Below, in pieces: positions 10,459 to 20,758 of a stretch of DNA of 64,000 bases. Origin of the DNA: an uncultured Acidobacteriota bacterium. GTDB taxonomy: Bacteria > Acidobacteriota > Thermoanaerobaculia > UBA5066. Within the stretch, counting starts at the first letter, position 1. Each line of letters begins with the position of its first letter. The notes under the pieces are model-generated. The model did not search any database. It was not told the DNA's origin and worked only from the letters and a program-made list of their open reading frames with translations. The DNA is taken from the NCBI GenBank assembly GCA_963821435.1, contig CAWGDR010000004.1, positions 878,199-942,198 on the forward strand. The letters run 5' to 3'. Made by a program: the position numbers and the translations under genes.

Positions 10459-11785
10459 ATGCGGAAAGTGGCCACGTTTCCTCCCGTTCCCGAGCAGCTC
10501 GACCTTCTTCTGAAGGGGGCCGAGGACTGCGTCCAGCGCGAGGAGCTGGAGAAGAAGCTCCATCGCGCGGCGAAGACGGGTAAGCCGCTCCGCGTGAAAG
10601 TCGGCTTCGACCCGTCCGCGCCCGACCTCCATCTCGGTCACACGGTGGTCTTCCGGAAGATGCGGCACTTCCAGGAGCTGGGGCACGAGGTGGTCTTCCT
10701 GATCGGCGACTTCACCGGGATGATCGGCGACCCGTCCGGGAAGAAGCTGACGCGCCCGCAGCTCTCGAAGGAGGACGTCGCGCGGAACGCGGAGACCTAC
10801 AAGGCGCAGGTCTTCAAGATCCTCGACCCGGAGGCGACCGTCGTCGACTTCAACTCCCGCTGGCTGTCGGCCCTCGGCGCCGAGGGAATGGTCAAGCTCG
10901 CCGCGAAGTACACCGTCGCGCGCCTCCTCGAGCGGGACGACTTCGCGAAGCGCTTCGCGGCGCAGAAGCCGATCGCCGTCCACGAGCTCCTCTACCCGCT
11001 CTGCCAGGGGTACGACTCGGTCGCGCTCACGGCCGACGTCGAGCTCGGCGGGACGGACCAGCTCTTCAACCTCCTCGTCGGCCGCGACCTGATGCGCGAG
11101 TGGGGGCAGGAGCCCCAGGTCGTCATGACGCTGCCGCTCCTCGTCGGGACCGACGGCGTCGAGAAGATGTCGAAGTCGCTCGGAAACCAGGTCGGCGTGG
11201 CCGACCCGCCCGACGAGATCTACGGCAAGGTGATGTCGATCTCCGACGACACCATGTGGAGCTACTGGACGCTCCTGACCGATCTGCGTCCCTCCGAAAT
11301 CGACGCGCTGAGGGCCGAGGTGGCCGAAGGAAAGGCCCACCCCAAGAAAGTGAAGATGCAGCTGGCCCGTCGCCTGGTGTCGGACTTTCACGGTCCGGAG
11401 GCGGCGATCCGTGCGGAGGAGCAGTTCGAGAAACGCTTATGCCGGGGCTCCTGGAGCCGTCGAGGGGGAAATCTTCAAGGTCACGAAGACGATGGACTCG
11501 GGTTTGAAGACCGAGAATTCGGTAACGCAGCCCATCGTCGACGTTCTCGTCGAATCCGGTCTCGCGGCCAGCAAGAACATCGCCCGCCAGAAGATCCGCG
11601 AGGGGGCGGTCGCGACTTCCGAAGACGGCATCAGCTGGCGCAAGGTCGAAAGCGCCGCCGAACCATTCACGGTTCGAACCGGAGCCGCCCGGCACCTGCG
11701 CCTCGGAAAACGATTCAAGCGAATCGAGCTGACCGAATCACCTTCTAAGAACCCTTCTTCGTTCTCCTCGGAGAGCCCGTCATGA
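10459..11785 (+). CDS. tyrS: Tyrosine--tRNA ligase (catalytic domain + C-terminal S4 domain) with an apparent 1-bp frameshift near 11437-11448
   Basis: Catalytic domain (HLGHTVV..., KMSKS) in frame 1 ends after AEEQFEKRL. The S4 domain ([26 protein letters not shown]) continues in frame 2 up to the stop at 11785. The switch point lies at a G/C homopolymer. Confidence 0.8.
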
Positions 11786-12604
11786 AGAATCCTCGACGCT
11801 TGGCTCGCCGCCCGACGGCGCTCGTCGTCGGGGGGCGCGGCCGGATGGGGCGCCTCTTCGCGCGCTGGCTGAAGGGGCGGGGCTACCGCGTTCTCGTGGC
11901 GGACCCGGCGGGCGCTCCGGCCGGCTTCGCGAAGGGGAGCCTCGACGCCGCGGCGGACGCCGACGTCGTCGTGGTGGCGGCCTCGCTCGCGCGCGTCGCC
12001 GGCGTCCTCTCCGAGGTGGTCGCGCGGCGGCCGAAGGGGCTCGTCTTCGACATCGCCTCCGTCAAGACGCCGCTTCTTCCGGTCCTCGAGGAGGCGGTCC
12101 GGCGCGGCCACGCCGTCGCCTCGGTCCACCCGATGTTCGGGCCCGGACGTGGCGTCCTTCCGCGGGCACGACCTGATCGTCTGCGACTGCGGAAACGCCG
12201 CCGCCGCCCGCCGGACGCGGGCGCTCTTTTCGGGCTCCGGGGTGAAGGTCGCCTCGATGACGCTCGCGGAGCACGATCCCTGGGTGGCCCGGACGATGGG
12301 GCTGACGCACGCCCTCGCCCTCGGCGTGGCGGCGGCGCTCGCCGTCCTCGACGTCGAGGTGAAGAAGCTGGACGGCCGCGCGTCGACGTCGTTCCGGCGG
12401 CTCGTGGAGCTCGTCGAGCCGATCCTCGAGCAGGAGACCGAGCTGACCCGGACGATCCAGACGGGGAACCCGCACAGCGAGGAGGCGCTCCTGCAGCTCG
12501 AGAGGGAGATGACGGCGGTCAGGAAGCTCCTCTTCCACGAGCCCCCCGAGCGCCTCGACGCCGCGCTCACCGGCCTTCGCAGGGCGCTCCGCCGGCCGCG
12601 GTGA
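11782..12604 (+). CDS. tyrA: Prephenate dehydrogenase (TyrA) with an apparent 1-bp frameshift near 12141-12147
   Basis: N-terminal Rossmann fold (LVVGGRGRMGRLFARWL...) up to HPMFGPG in frame 1. The rest (ASFRGHDLIVCDCGN...LTHALALG...) is in frame 2 (12149..12604). Removing one G restores MFGPDVASFRGHDLIV. ATG overlaps the tyrS stop (ATGA). Confidence 0.7.
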
Positions 12605-13014
12605 GCGGGCGGGGCGTCTCGCCTTCCGTCCGGCGCCTCGCCGCGGCGGCGCTCGCGTCGGCGGCCCTGGCCGCGCTCGCGGCGAGAGGGCTCGTCTTCG
12701 ACGCTCCCCTGCGCCTCTCGCTCGCGTCGGCCGGGCGCTTCTGGCGGGCCTCGCGGGCGTCCCGGCTGCTGAACGCTTCGGCATTCCGGAGGGACGCGGA
12801 GTTCGCGAGCGCCGTCATCGCGCTCGACCGGCAGGCGCCGCTCGACGCCGACGTCAGCCTCGTCCTCCCGCCCGCGCTCCCGGACGCCGACGCGGAGGGA
12901 AAGCGGCGCGCGGCCGCGCTCGTCCTCGCACCGAGGCGGGTCGTTCTCGCGCGCGGAGAGACGGGGACGGCGAGCTTCCGGATCCGCCCGGTCCCGCGGG
13001 AGGGGGCGCCGTGA
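12601..13014 (+). CDS. Hypothetical protein (putative signal peptide)
   Basis: GTG overlapping the tyrA stop (GTGA). Ala/Leu-rich N-terminus. No recognisable domain. The frame may be a GC-content artefact. Confidence 0.3.
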   Translation: MSGRGVSPSVRRLAAAALASAALAALAARGLVFDAPLRLSLASAGRFWRASRASRLLNASAFRRDAEFASAVIALDRQAPLDADVSLVLPPALPDADAEGKRRAAALVLAPRRVVLARGETGTASFRIRPVPREGAP

Positions 13015-14066
13015 GCCGGGCCGCTGCGACGGTCCTCGGACTCCTGACGGCGGCCCTCGGACTCCTGACGGTGGCCGCGCTCCTCTCCGTCGCCCTCGTC
13101 GCCGTCCGGCAGCCGTTCGGGCCGGGGGACTACGTGGCCATCTGGGGGCTCAAGGCGCGGGCGCTCGAGAGGTCCGGGGACGTCGCCGCGCTCTTCCGCG
13201 TCGACCCGGCCGGCGCGTCCTCCCACCCCGAGTACCCGCCTCTCTGGCCGGCGCTCCTCGCGGCGTGGGGGCGCGTCGCCGGGGGGTACGACGACCTCGT
13301 CGTGACGCCGCTCTGGCCGGTCCTGGCGCTCGCCGCGTCGCTCCTCGCCGCGCGCGCGACCGCCGCCCCACCCTGGGGGCGCGCGCTCGCAGCCGCCGTC
13401 GTGGCGCTCCTTCCGTACTGGCGCCTCGACCTCGGCTACGCGGAAGGACTCCTCGCCGTCCTCCTCCTCGCCGCGCTCGGCGAGGTGCCGCGTCTCTCGT
13501 CGTCCCGCTTCGCGCCGCTCCGGCTCGCGCTCTTCCTGACGCTGGCCGCCTGGACGAAGCAGGAGGGAGCCCTCGCCGCGGCGCTCTTCGCGGCGGCGCT
13601 CGCGGCGTCCGGACGCCGGCGGGACGCGGGGCGCATCCTCGCCGCGGTGGTCCTCCTCGGCATCCTGCCGTGGCTCCTCGTTCTCGGGCGCCTGGGGCCG
13701 GGCCTCGGGCGCGCGGATTTCGATCCGCTCGGCTTCTCCTTCGCGAAGCTGGCGGCGGCGGGGGGAGCGCTCGGGCGCGAGGCGCTTCGTCCCGGGCTGC
13801 CTTGGCTCGCCGGCGCGGCCCTCCTCCTCGCGCTTGCGCCCGGGACGTGGCGGCGGAGGCGCGGGATGCTGGCGGCCGTTTTCGCCTACGCCGTTCTCCT
13901 CTTCGTCTCGTTCGGCTTCACGACGCGGGATCCCGCCTGGCTCGTCGCCTGGTCCTGGGACCGGCTGGCGTTCGTGATGGCCGCGGTGCTCGTCCCCGTT
14001 CTGGCCGAGGCCGTCACCGAGCCATTCGCCGAACCGTCGACCGAGCCTCTCGCCGGGGCCGCATGA
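13011..14066 (+). CDS. Polytopic membrane protein (likely glycosyltransferase-associated, GT39/83-like membrane domain)
   Basis: About 10 hydrophobic segments. Same strand and overlapping (ATGA) the downstream GT39 gene. Confidence 0.55.
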   Translation: MSRAAATVLGLLTAALGLLTVAALLSVALVAVRQPFGPGDYVAIWGLKARALERSGDVAALFRVDPAGASSHPEYPPLWPALLAAWGRVAGGYDDLVVTPLWPVLALAASLLAARATAAPPWGRALAAAVVALLPYWRLDLGYAEGLLAVLLLAALGEVPRLSSSRFAPLRLALFLTLAAWTKQEGALAAALFAAALAASGRRRDAGRILAAVVLLGILPWLLVLGRLGPGLGRADFDPLGFSFAKLAAAGGALGREALRPGLPWLAGAALLLALAPGTWRRRRGMLAAVFAYAVLLFVSFGFTTRDPAWLVAWSWDRLAFVMAAVLVPVLAEAVTEPFAEPSTEPLAGAA

Positions 14067-15727
14067 GAACGCCCGGCGCCGAAAGGATCTGGCTCGCGGC
14101 GCTCGCGGTGATCGTCGCCCTCGTCGTCGTTCTCTCCCACGCCGACGCCCGGAATGACTCCGTCACCGCGGACGAGCCGGTCCACCTCGCCGCCGCTCTC
14201 GCCCAGACCGCAGGGGGCGGGTGGAGCCTGAACCTCGAGCATCCGCCTCTCGCCAAGGAGCTCTTCGGCCGGGCCGCCCGCCTCTCGGGGGCGCGGGACG
14301 GCCCGCTCTCTTTCCGGTCGTTCTTCCGGTCCTGCCAGGACGTTCTCTTCCGGAACCGCGGCGGCGTCGCCGTGGACAGCGTCCTTCTTCCGGCCCGGGC
14401 CGTCACGATCGGGTTCTTCGCCATGCTGATCGTGGCGTCGTTCGCGGCGGCCGGGGGAGGAGGGGCCGGCCTCCTCGCGGCCGCCCTCGTGGCGGGAGAA
14501 GCGGCCTTCTTTCCGCACGGACATCTCGCGACGACCGACGTTCCCTTTGCGGCGCTCGGCGTCGCGGCCGTCGCGGCGACGCTCCGGCTCCGCGACAAGC
14601 CCTCGTTCTCTAACGCGCTTCTCGCGGCGGTTCTCCTGTCGCTCGCGGCGTTGACGAAGTTCACGGGGCTCCTTCTTCTCCCCGCCGCGGCGTTCCTTCT
14701 CCTCCTGCCGGGGCCCGCGGGGGGCGAGAGCCGCCGCCACAACGTGGTCACTTTCGCGATCGGCCTTCCTCTCCTCGCGGCCCTTCTCACGGCGGGGCTC
14801 CTCCGTCTCTGGAACCCCCCGTCCCCGCGCGAGAGCCTCGCGGTTCTCTCGGGCCTCTACCGGCTGCCGCCGGAGGACCGGGCACGGGTCGAGGCGATCG
14901 GCGCCGTCGATCCTGCGTCGGCCCGGTACGCCGCCGGCCTCCTCGTGAACCTCCGCCAGGCCGAGGCAGGCCGGCAGACGTGGTACCTCGGAAACGTGAC
15001 GGGACATCCCTCCGCGGCGTACCACCCGGTGGCTCTCGTCGTCACCGCCCCGGCGATCTGGCTCGCCCTCGTTGCCGCGGGGGCCGCCTTCGCGTTCGGG
15101 CGCGGCGCCCCGTTTCGCGCGCGGGCACTCCTTCTTTCCGGAGCGCTCGTCTTCCTCCTCTCGCTTCCCGGCCCGCGCATCGGGGTCCGGCACGTTCTCC
15201 TGCCGGCCGCGCTGATCTCGGCGGGAGCGGCGGCGGCGCTGGCGGCGAGGGTGGCCCCCCGCCTGCTCCGGAGCGTCGTCCTTCTCGGCGCCGCCCTTTC
15301 GCTCGTCCCACTCGCCCTCGGCCGGACGATCGGCCGCGAGGGGCTCGCGGCGCGATTCTTCGCACGCCCGGCGGTCGCCGACTCGAACCTCGACTGGGGG
15401 CAGGACCTCCTCCGCCTCGGGCGGGAGCTCCCGGCCCGGGGCCTGAAGCCGGAATCTCTCGCGATCGCCTACTTCGGAGGGGACGAGCCCGCCGTGCGGA
15501 TTCCGGCCGCCGCGGACCTCCTGCGCGGCGGCTCGCTCGAGGGGCGCCGACTCCTCGCCGTCTCGCGCCAACTCCTCCTCGTCGGCCCCGAGGCCGCCCT
15601 CGATCCCGAGGGGGTGCCGGGCGCGCGCGCCGCCGTCGCCGCGACCCGGGACCCCCGCGCGCGGTTCCTATTCCGGGCGGGGAACTCGATCGACGTCTTC
15701 GAGACTCAGCCCGCCGGGAGCCGGTAG
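14063..15727 (+). CDS. Glycosyltransferase family 39 (ArnT/PMT_2-like) membrane protein
   Basis: NDSVTADEPVHLAAALAQTAGGGWSLNLEHPPLAKELF matches the PMT_2 DE...H...HPPL.K region. Multi-TM. Confidence 0.75.
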   Translation: MRTPGAERIWLAALAVIVALVVVLSHADARNDSVTADEPVHLAAALAQTAGGGWSLNLEHPPLAKELFGRAARLSGARDGPLSFRSFFRSCQDVLFRNRGGVAVDSVLLPARAVTIGFFAMLIVASFAAAGGGGAGLLAAALVAGEAAFFPHGHLATTDVPFAALGVAAVAATLRLRDKPSFSNALLAAVLLSLAALTKFTGLLLLPAAAFLLLLPGPAGGESRRHNVVTFAIGLPLLAALLTAGLLRLWNPPSPRESLAVLSGLYRLPPEDRARVEAIGAVDPASARYAAGLLVNLRQAEAGRQTWYLGNVTGHPSAAYHPVALVVTAPAIWLALVAAGAAFAFGRGAPFRARALLLSGALVFLLSLPGPRIGVRHVLLPAALISAGAAAALAARVAPRLLRSVVLLGAALSLVPLALGRTIGREGLAARFFARPAVADSNLDWGQDLLRLGRELPARGLKPESLAIAYFGGDEPAVRIPAAADLLRGGSLEGRRLLAVSRQLLLVGPEAALDPEGVPGARAAVAATRDPRARFLFRAGNSIDVFETQPAGSR

Positions 15728-16629
15728 GGGCGCGCCGGGATCGTCCCGGGAGAGAAGCGCCGGAGGGCTTCTCTCAGCATCTGGCCGGGGGTCCCGCCTT
15801 TCGGGTGCTGTCCGAGGATCTCGAGGGCGAGCGCGAGCGTCTCCCGGACCCGCGTCTCGTCGAGCGACTCGAGGGGGAGCGCGCCGTCGCGCTTCCCGAG
15901 CTTCGACCCGTCGAGCCCGAGGACGAGCGGGAGGTGGGCGTACGCCGGCGTCGGAAGGCCGAGCGCGCGCTGGAGCGCGATCTGGCGGGCCGTCGAGGAG
16001 AGGAGGTCCGCGCCCCGGACGACCTGCGTCACCCCCTGCGCCGCGTCGTCGACGACGACCGCGAGCTGGTAGGCGAAGGGGCCGTCGGCGCGCTTCACGA
16101 CGAAGTCGCCGACGATCTCACCGACGCTTTCGGAAAGGGGGCCGAGGAGAAGATCCTCGAAATTGAAGAGGCCGGGGGGGACGCGGAAGCGATAGGCACG
16201 GGCGGTCTTTCCAGGCGGAAGACCATCCCGGCAAGTGCCGGGGTAGACCGCCGCGGTCCCCGCCGCGTCCGCTTCGTCGCTCGCCACGGGAGCCGACGCA
16301 GCGCGGAGGAGATCGGCGCGTGAGCACGCGCAGGCGTAGATCATTCTCTTTCCAAGAAGATCTTCCAGCGCCGCTTCGTAGTGCGCGAGACGTCCGGACT
16401 GGAAGATCACGTCCCCGTCCCACGCCAGGCCGTAGCGCTCGAGCGTGCGCAGGATGTCGTCGGCCGAGCCGGGCACGACGCGCGGCGTGTCGAGATCTTC
16501 CATGCGCACGATCCAGCGTCCGCCGGCGGTGCGCGCGAAGAGCCACGACCCGACTGCGGCGACGAGGCTCCCGAGGTGGAGCGGCCCCGTCGGGGACGGT
16601 GCGAAGCGGCCGGTGGCCGGAGACGTCAC
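15706..16629 (-). CDS. gluQ: Glutamyl-Q tRNA(Asp) synthetase
   Basis: Truncated class-I GluRS catalytic core: RFAPSPTGPLHLGSL (HIGH-like) ... KLGKRDG (KMSKS-like). About 300 aa with no anticodon-binding domain. Confidence 0.85.
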   Translation of the reverse strand: MTSPATGRFAPSPTGPLHLGSLVAAVGSWLFARTAGGRWIVRMEDLDTPRVVPGSADDILRTLERYGLAWDGDVIFQSGRLAHYEAALEDLLGKRMIYACACSRADLLRAASAPVASDEADAAGTAAVYPGTCRDGLPPGKTARAYRFRVPPGLFNFEDLLLGPLSESVGEIVGDFVVKRADGPFAYQLAVVVDDAAQGVTQVVRGADLLSSTARQIALQRALGLPTPAYAHLPLVLGLDGSKLGKRDGALPLESLDETRVRETLALALEILGQHPKGGTPGQMLREALRRFSPGTIPARPYRLPAG

Positions 16630-16701
16630 GCGCCGAGTCTACGGAGGGCCCGAAGAGGGAGCGGGCGGCGGCGCCAAGGCACGTCGGGGGTTCTCGCCGG
16701 C

Positions 16702-16730
16702 TTGACGCGGGCGGAGCCGAACCTTACGAT
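16702..16730 (+). promoter_or_regulatory. Putative sigma70-like promoter for tRNA-Asn
   Basis: TTGACG (16702-16707), 17-bp spacer, TACGAT (16725-16730), about 60 nt upstream of the tRNA. Confidence 0.3.
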
Positions 16731-16793
16731 CCGCCGCTCCCCGCCGGGTGGCCGCCCGCCGGGGCGCCTCGCGCTCTTTGCCACGGCCACCGA

Positions 16794-17150
<357 letters not shown>

Positions 17151-17210
17151 TGCTGAGATGAGGCCGCTGGAGCGACTGACGGTCGCGTACTAAGCGCAAG
17201 GCGCAACACA

Positions 17211-18164
17211 CTAGGCGCCTCCTAGGTGTTCTTTGAAGTGGAAGCCGCGCACTTCGATGAACTTAAGCACGAGCCAGTGGAGGGCATGATTGACTTGAGC
17301 CGAAAGGTCGGTCGACCAGCTGAAGACTGGTGAGGTGCCATCCGCCCCGGTTAGCTCGAAGAAGTACGCCTGAGAAGCGGCGTCCGCGAAGTAGAAACGT
17401 GACTCCCGCATGTTGTTGCCACGCGAGAGCATGGGGACGCCGAACCGAGGCTGTGAAAAAGCCAGCTGATAACCGCGCGCGAGTTCTTTGACGTCGTAGT
17501 GAAAAGAGACCTTGTTTCGAACAAAGAACAACGCTTTGTTTAGGGGATCCGAGGAAAGCTCACCGGCCGCCGCGTCGACGATTGCTCGCCACGCCTTCTT
17601 TCCCGGCTTAGGACAGACGCGTTGAACTTCCTTAAACAGCCGTCCCTTCAGGACAGTGGGATGAGCGCGAATCACTTCAAGAAGCTCGTGCATTATGCCG
17701 ACCAGTGTGCGGAACAAGTGCGCTTCGAGCCCTGCGTATTGACCGCGGTGGGTTGAAGGGATGACTGGGTCCGGCACTGGTATCTCCGAGAGGAGCACCT
17801 GGCTGAGGACAACATCTTTAAGATCGTCGTGAATGACGGCGAGAGCAAGGAAGAATCCGCACTCCTCACGTGTAGCGTCGGCGCTGGGCTCGAAGGCCTC
17901 TTTCGGGAAGGACTCGAGCGATACGAGCGCGTCGGTGTGTTGTGCGTATGTCACAGTTTCGGGTGGACGCCGCCTAACGATATCGCGATCAGCGGCGCGC
18001 GCGGCGAGGCTGCCGCAACGCGTCGCCAGGCCGCCGTCCCTTTTTTGAGCCGGATCCGAAGAGAACTTCAACCCAGGGAGTCTGCAGAAGCGCGGGCGTA
18101 TACCGAAGCCGCAGCCCCGAACGATTTCGGTGAGCGTGAGCGAGCACGTCCCTGCGCGCCACAC
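17211..18164 (-). CDS. Hypothetical protein (start uncertain; internal candidates GTG 17954 / ATG 17693)
   Basis: Long ORF whose 3' two-thirds lie in distinctly lower-GC DNA. No recognisable domain. The maximal start would overlap the divergent neighbour. Confidence 0.4.
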   Translation of the reverse strand: MWRAGTCSLTLTEIVRGCGFGIRPRFCRLPGLKFSSDPAQKRDGGLATRCGSLAARAADRDIVRRRPPETVTYAQHTDALVSLESFPKEAFEPSADATREECGFFLALAVIHDDLKDVVLSQVLLSEIPVPDPVIPSTHRGQYAGLEAHLFRTLVGIMHELLEVIRAHPTVLKGRLFKEVQRVCPKPGKKAWRAIVDAAAGELSSDPLNKALFFVRNKVSFHYDVKELARGYQLAFSQPRFGVPMLSRGNNMRESRFYFADAASQAYFFELTGADGTSPVFSWSTDLSAQVNHALHWLVLKFIEVRGFHFKEHLGGA

Positions 18165-18225
18165 GCGGAGTCACCTGCACGTCCGTCATGCGCCCACTCT
18201 GAATCGGCAGATACACTCCGTCCCA

Positions 18226-19797
18226 ATGGCTGATCGTCCGGCGCCTCCCATGGATCTGGTCGTCGTTCTCCTGCACGGCATCGGCGATATCGCGCCTGGA
18301 CAGGTGGTCGAGGCGGTCGTGCGGACGCTGCAGAAGCGGCTCGGCGCCGACGTCGCGCAGCCGGCGCGGCCGCTTTCAACCGGTGTCGATAAGCAGGCCG
18401 GCGACCACGCGCGCGTCGCGAGCACCGAACTCGCCTGGCGCGGCCGGAACATCGCGATCGTCGAATTCAACTGGACGACCGTCGCCGGCAAGATCCGGCT
18501 GTTGCGACCGCTCGACGCGCTGGCGAAGTTCGCCGCGTTTCTCGCGGAGTTCCCACGCGTCGGTGCATCGGCGCGCCACCCGCGTCTGCAGAAGGTGGCC
18601 GCGTGGGCCGGCGCATTTCAGCGCGGCCTGCTGCTGGTGACCCTCGCTGCCGTTGCCGCGTCGGTCATTGAAATCGTGTTGCGCACGGACATGGCGGAGC
18701 GCGTCGCCGTGACGGCTCAGCGCGCGCTCACGCCGGGCGATCACCCGCTCGAAATCGAGACGCTCTTCGGCACCGTGCCGATCAAAATGTCGCCGGGCGA
18801 GGTGACGAAGTCTCCCAACGTGCTGGCCGCGGCGATGGCGGTCATGTGGTCGAGTCGCGAGCTGCTCGAGCGGCGGGAGCTCTGCACGCTTGCCGTGCAG
18901 ACTTTGTATTTCACCGCCTTCCTCTACTACACGGTGCTCGTGGTCGGATACATCTACTTCCTGCCGATCCACCTGATCCAGCGGATCCGTGGCCGCCGCC
19001 TCTCCGCCGCCAACGGACTGTGGCGCACGCTGGCCGTGAGCTCATTCGTCATGTTCCTTGTCTCGCTGGCGGCATTCGAGCTCCCCGTCTTCGCACTTTG
19101 CGCCGCCGCCTTCGTCCGACATCCCGAAACGTTCGGCGTGACCAGCGCGTGGGATCTCTCTTTCTACGCAGCAGTCGCCGGCTTCACCGGCTGGCTGCTG
19201 CTCCGCGTTTCCGCCGCGATCTCCAATCTCCTCCGCGACGTAATTCATTATCTGGCGCCCGACGCGAGCGGGTCGCTGCTCCCCCATCAACGCAAGATCC
19301 GCGAAGAGCTGGCGCAGCTGCTCACGACGCTGACGAAGACCGGCCCGGCACGCCTGGTCCTCGTCGCCCACAGCCTCGGAACCGTGATCGTCACCGACAT
19401 GCTGTGCTGGCGCGCGCACGAAACGACGACGACGCCCGCCGTGACCATCGACCTCGTCACCGCCGGCTCGCCGCTGCGCCGCACCATCGCGCGTCTTCTT
19501 CCCGACCGCCCGCGTCCGCTCGACCTGCGCGACGAGCTCCGCCGTGCCGGCGTCGAACGCTGGTTCAACTACCACCGCCTGCTCGACTACGTTGGCCAGG
19601 CCCTGACGTGGTCTGCGCTACCGCTCGACCTGGTCGGCTGGCCGCGAAAGCCCGGCGATCCGACGTCGGGGATCCGCGATCGGCTTCTCACGCCGCGTTG
19701 GCGGTGGCCGCTGTTTCACGCCGAGTATTGGAGCGATCCGCGGTTCTTGAAGGCGATTGCGGAAGAGGTGGTCATGATGCGGTTAGGAGAGGTGTAG
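18226..19797 (+). CDS. Membrane-embedded alpha/beta-hydrolase (lipase/esterase-like)
   Basis: N-terminal VVVLLHGIGD (oxyanion-hole HG). A central block of 4-5 TM helices. LVLVAHSLGTVIV (GHSLG nucleophile elbow) and later conserved D/H residues. Confidence 0.6.
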   Translation: MADRPAPPMDLVVVLLHGIGDIAPGQVVEAVVRTLQKRLGADVAQPARPLSTGVDKQAGDHARVASTELAWRGRNIAIVEFNWTTVAGKIRLLRPLDALAKFAAFLAEFPRVGASARHPRLQKVAAWAGAFQRGLLLVTLAAVAASVIEIVLRTDMAERVAVTAQRALTPGDHPLEIETLFGTVPIKMSPGEVTKSPNVLAAAMAVMWSSRELLERRELCTLAVQTLYFTAFLYYTVLVVGYIYFLPIHLIQRIRGRRLSAANGLWRTLAVSSFVMFLVSLAAFELPVFALCAAAFVRHPETFGVTSAWDLSFYAAVAGFTGWLLLRVSAAISNLLRDVIHYLAPDASGSLLPHQRKIREELAQLLTTLTKTGPARLVLVAHSLGTVIVTDMLCWRAHETTTTPAVTIDLVTAGSPLRRTIARLLPDRPRPLDLRDELRRAGVERWFNYHRLLDYVGQALTWSALPLDLVGWPRKPGDPTSGIRDRLLTPRWRWPLFHAEYWSDPRFLKAIAEEVVMMRLGEV

Positions 19798-19856
19798 GGG
19801 GCGTTGGGCGCAGGCGGAGTTTGTTCAGCCGCAAGTGCCGCAGTCTCGCCTCGTCG

Positions 19857-19884
19857 TGGAGGGGTGCAATGGGAATTGCGGCAA
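19857..19884 (-). repeat. REP-like hairpin element
   Basis: gaggggtgcaatgggaattgcgg, reverse orientation. Confidence 0.6.
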
Positions 19885-19995
19885 GCGCGAGGAGGGGAGG
19901 CAACGCATAGATAGATCTCGTAGTGCAAGAATGCCAGTCAGGCCGGACGGAACCGAGAAAGCCGGCGAACAGGGCCGGACTTTCTAGGCGAGATA

Positions 19996-20026
19996 GGCCC
20001 CGGGAATTCCCATTGCGCCCCTACAG
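19996..20026 (+). repeat. REP-like hairpin element
   Basis: ggccccgggaattcccattgcgcccctacag. Confidence 0.7.
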
Positions 20027-20162
20027 TGGCACGCAGGAGGACGGGAAGGGCCGCCGGGGGACTGCCGCCTCGCGGCGGCCAGAAAGAGCGCATGAAGGGC
20101 TCCTGACCGGCCAGAATGTCCGTTTACGGGACCGGATTCAGAGCGCGAGACCCTGGTCCGTG

Positions 20163-20204
20163 CGCGCCAGCGGCCCCGGCAGCTTCCATTGCACCCCTAC
20201 AACG
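20163..20204 (+). repeat. REP-like hairpin element with gcgccag leader (degenerate)
   Basis: gcgcgccagcggccccggcagcttccattgcacccctacaac. Confidence 0.55.
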
Positions 20205-20281
20205 CATTGCAGCTCAGGGACCGGGGAACGTGCCGCGTTGAAGCCTGGCTGTAGCGACCGAGGCCGCTGGCGCTAGAATTC

Positions 20282-20724
20282 GTGAAAGCCGACAAGGGGA
20301 GTCCGATGCCGACGAAAGAGCCGCTTCGCATCGAGATGACGCTCGCCGCCGGCCCGGAGGCCGACGCCCGCGTCCTGGACGCCGATGCCCGGAACCTGAA
20401 GCGCCAGATCGAAGGACTCGGCGCCAGTCGGTCTCCCTCGTCTCGGCGGGGCCCGCCCCTGCGGGCACGCGCTCCCCCGAGATGGTGGCCGCCGGCAGGC
20501 TCCTCGTCGGGCTCCTGCCGACGCTCCTCCCGAAGCTGATCGACTTTCTCCAGAGCTGGCTCCCGAACCGCGAGAACCGGACCGTGAAGTTCAAGGTGTC
20601 GGACGGCAGCCGGTCCGTGGAGTTCGAGTACGCGCCCTCGCTGATGTCCAAGGACGACGCGCTGGCCTTGATCGCCGGCATGAAGGACGCCGCGCGGGAC
20701 GGCGGGAAGAACGCCGCGCGCTGA
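20282..20724 (+). pseudogene. Small hypothetical protein upstream of the caspase gene, split over two frames
   Basis: 20282..20539 and 20482..20724 overlap in different frames. The C-terminal part (TVKFKVSDGSRSVEFEYAPSLMSKDDALALIAGMKDAARDG) looks like a folded alpha+beta domain. Confidence 0.4.
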
Positions 20725-20758
20725 GCGCGGCCCGGAGTCGGGAGAACCCGGAGCGAGG

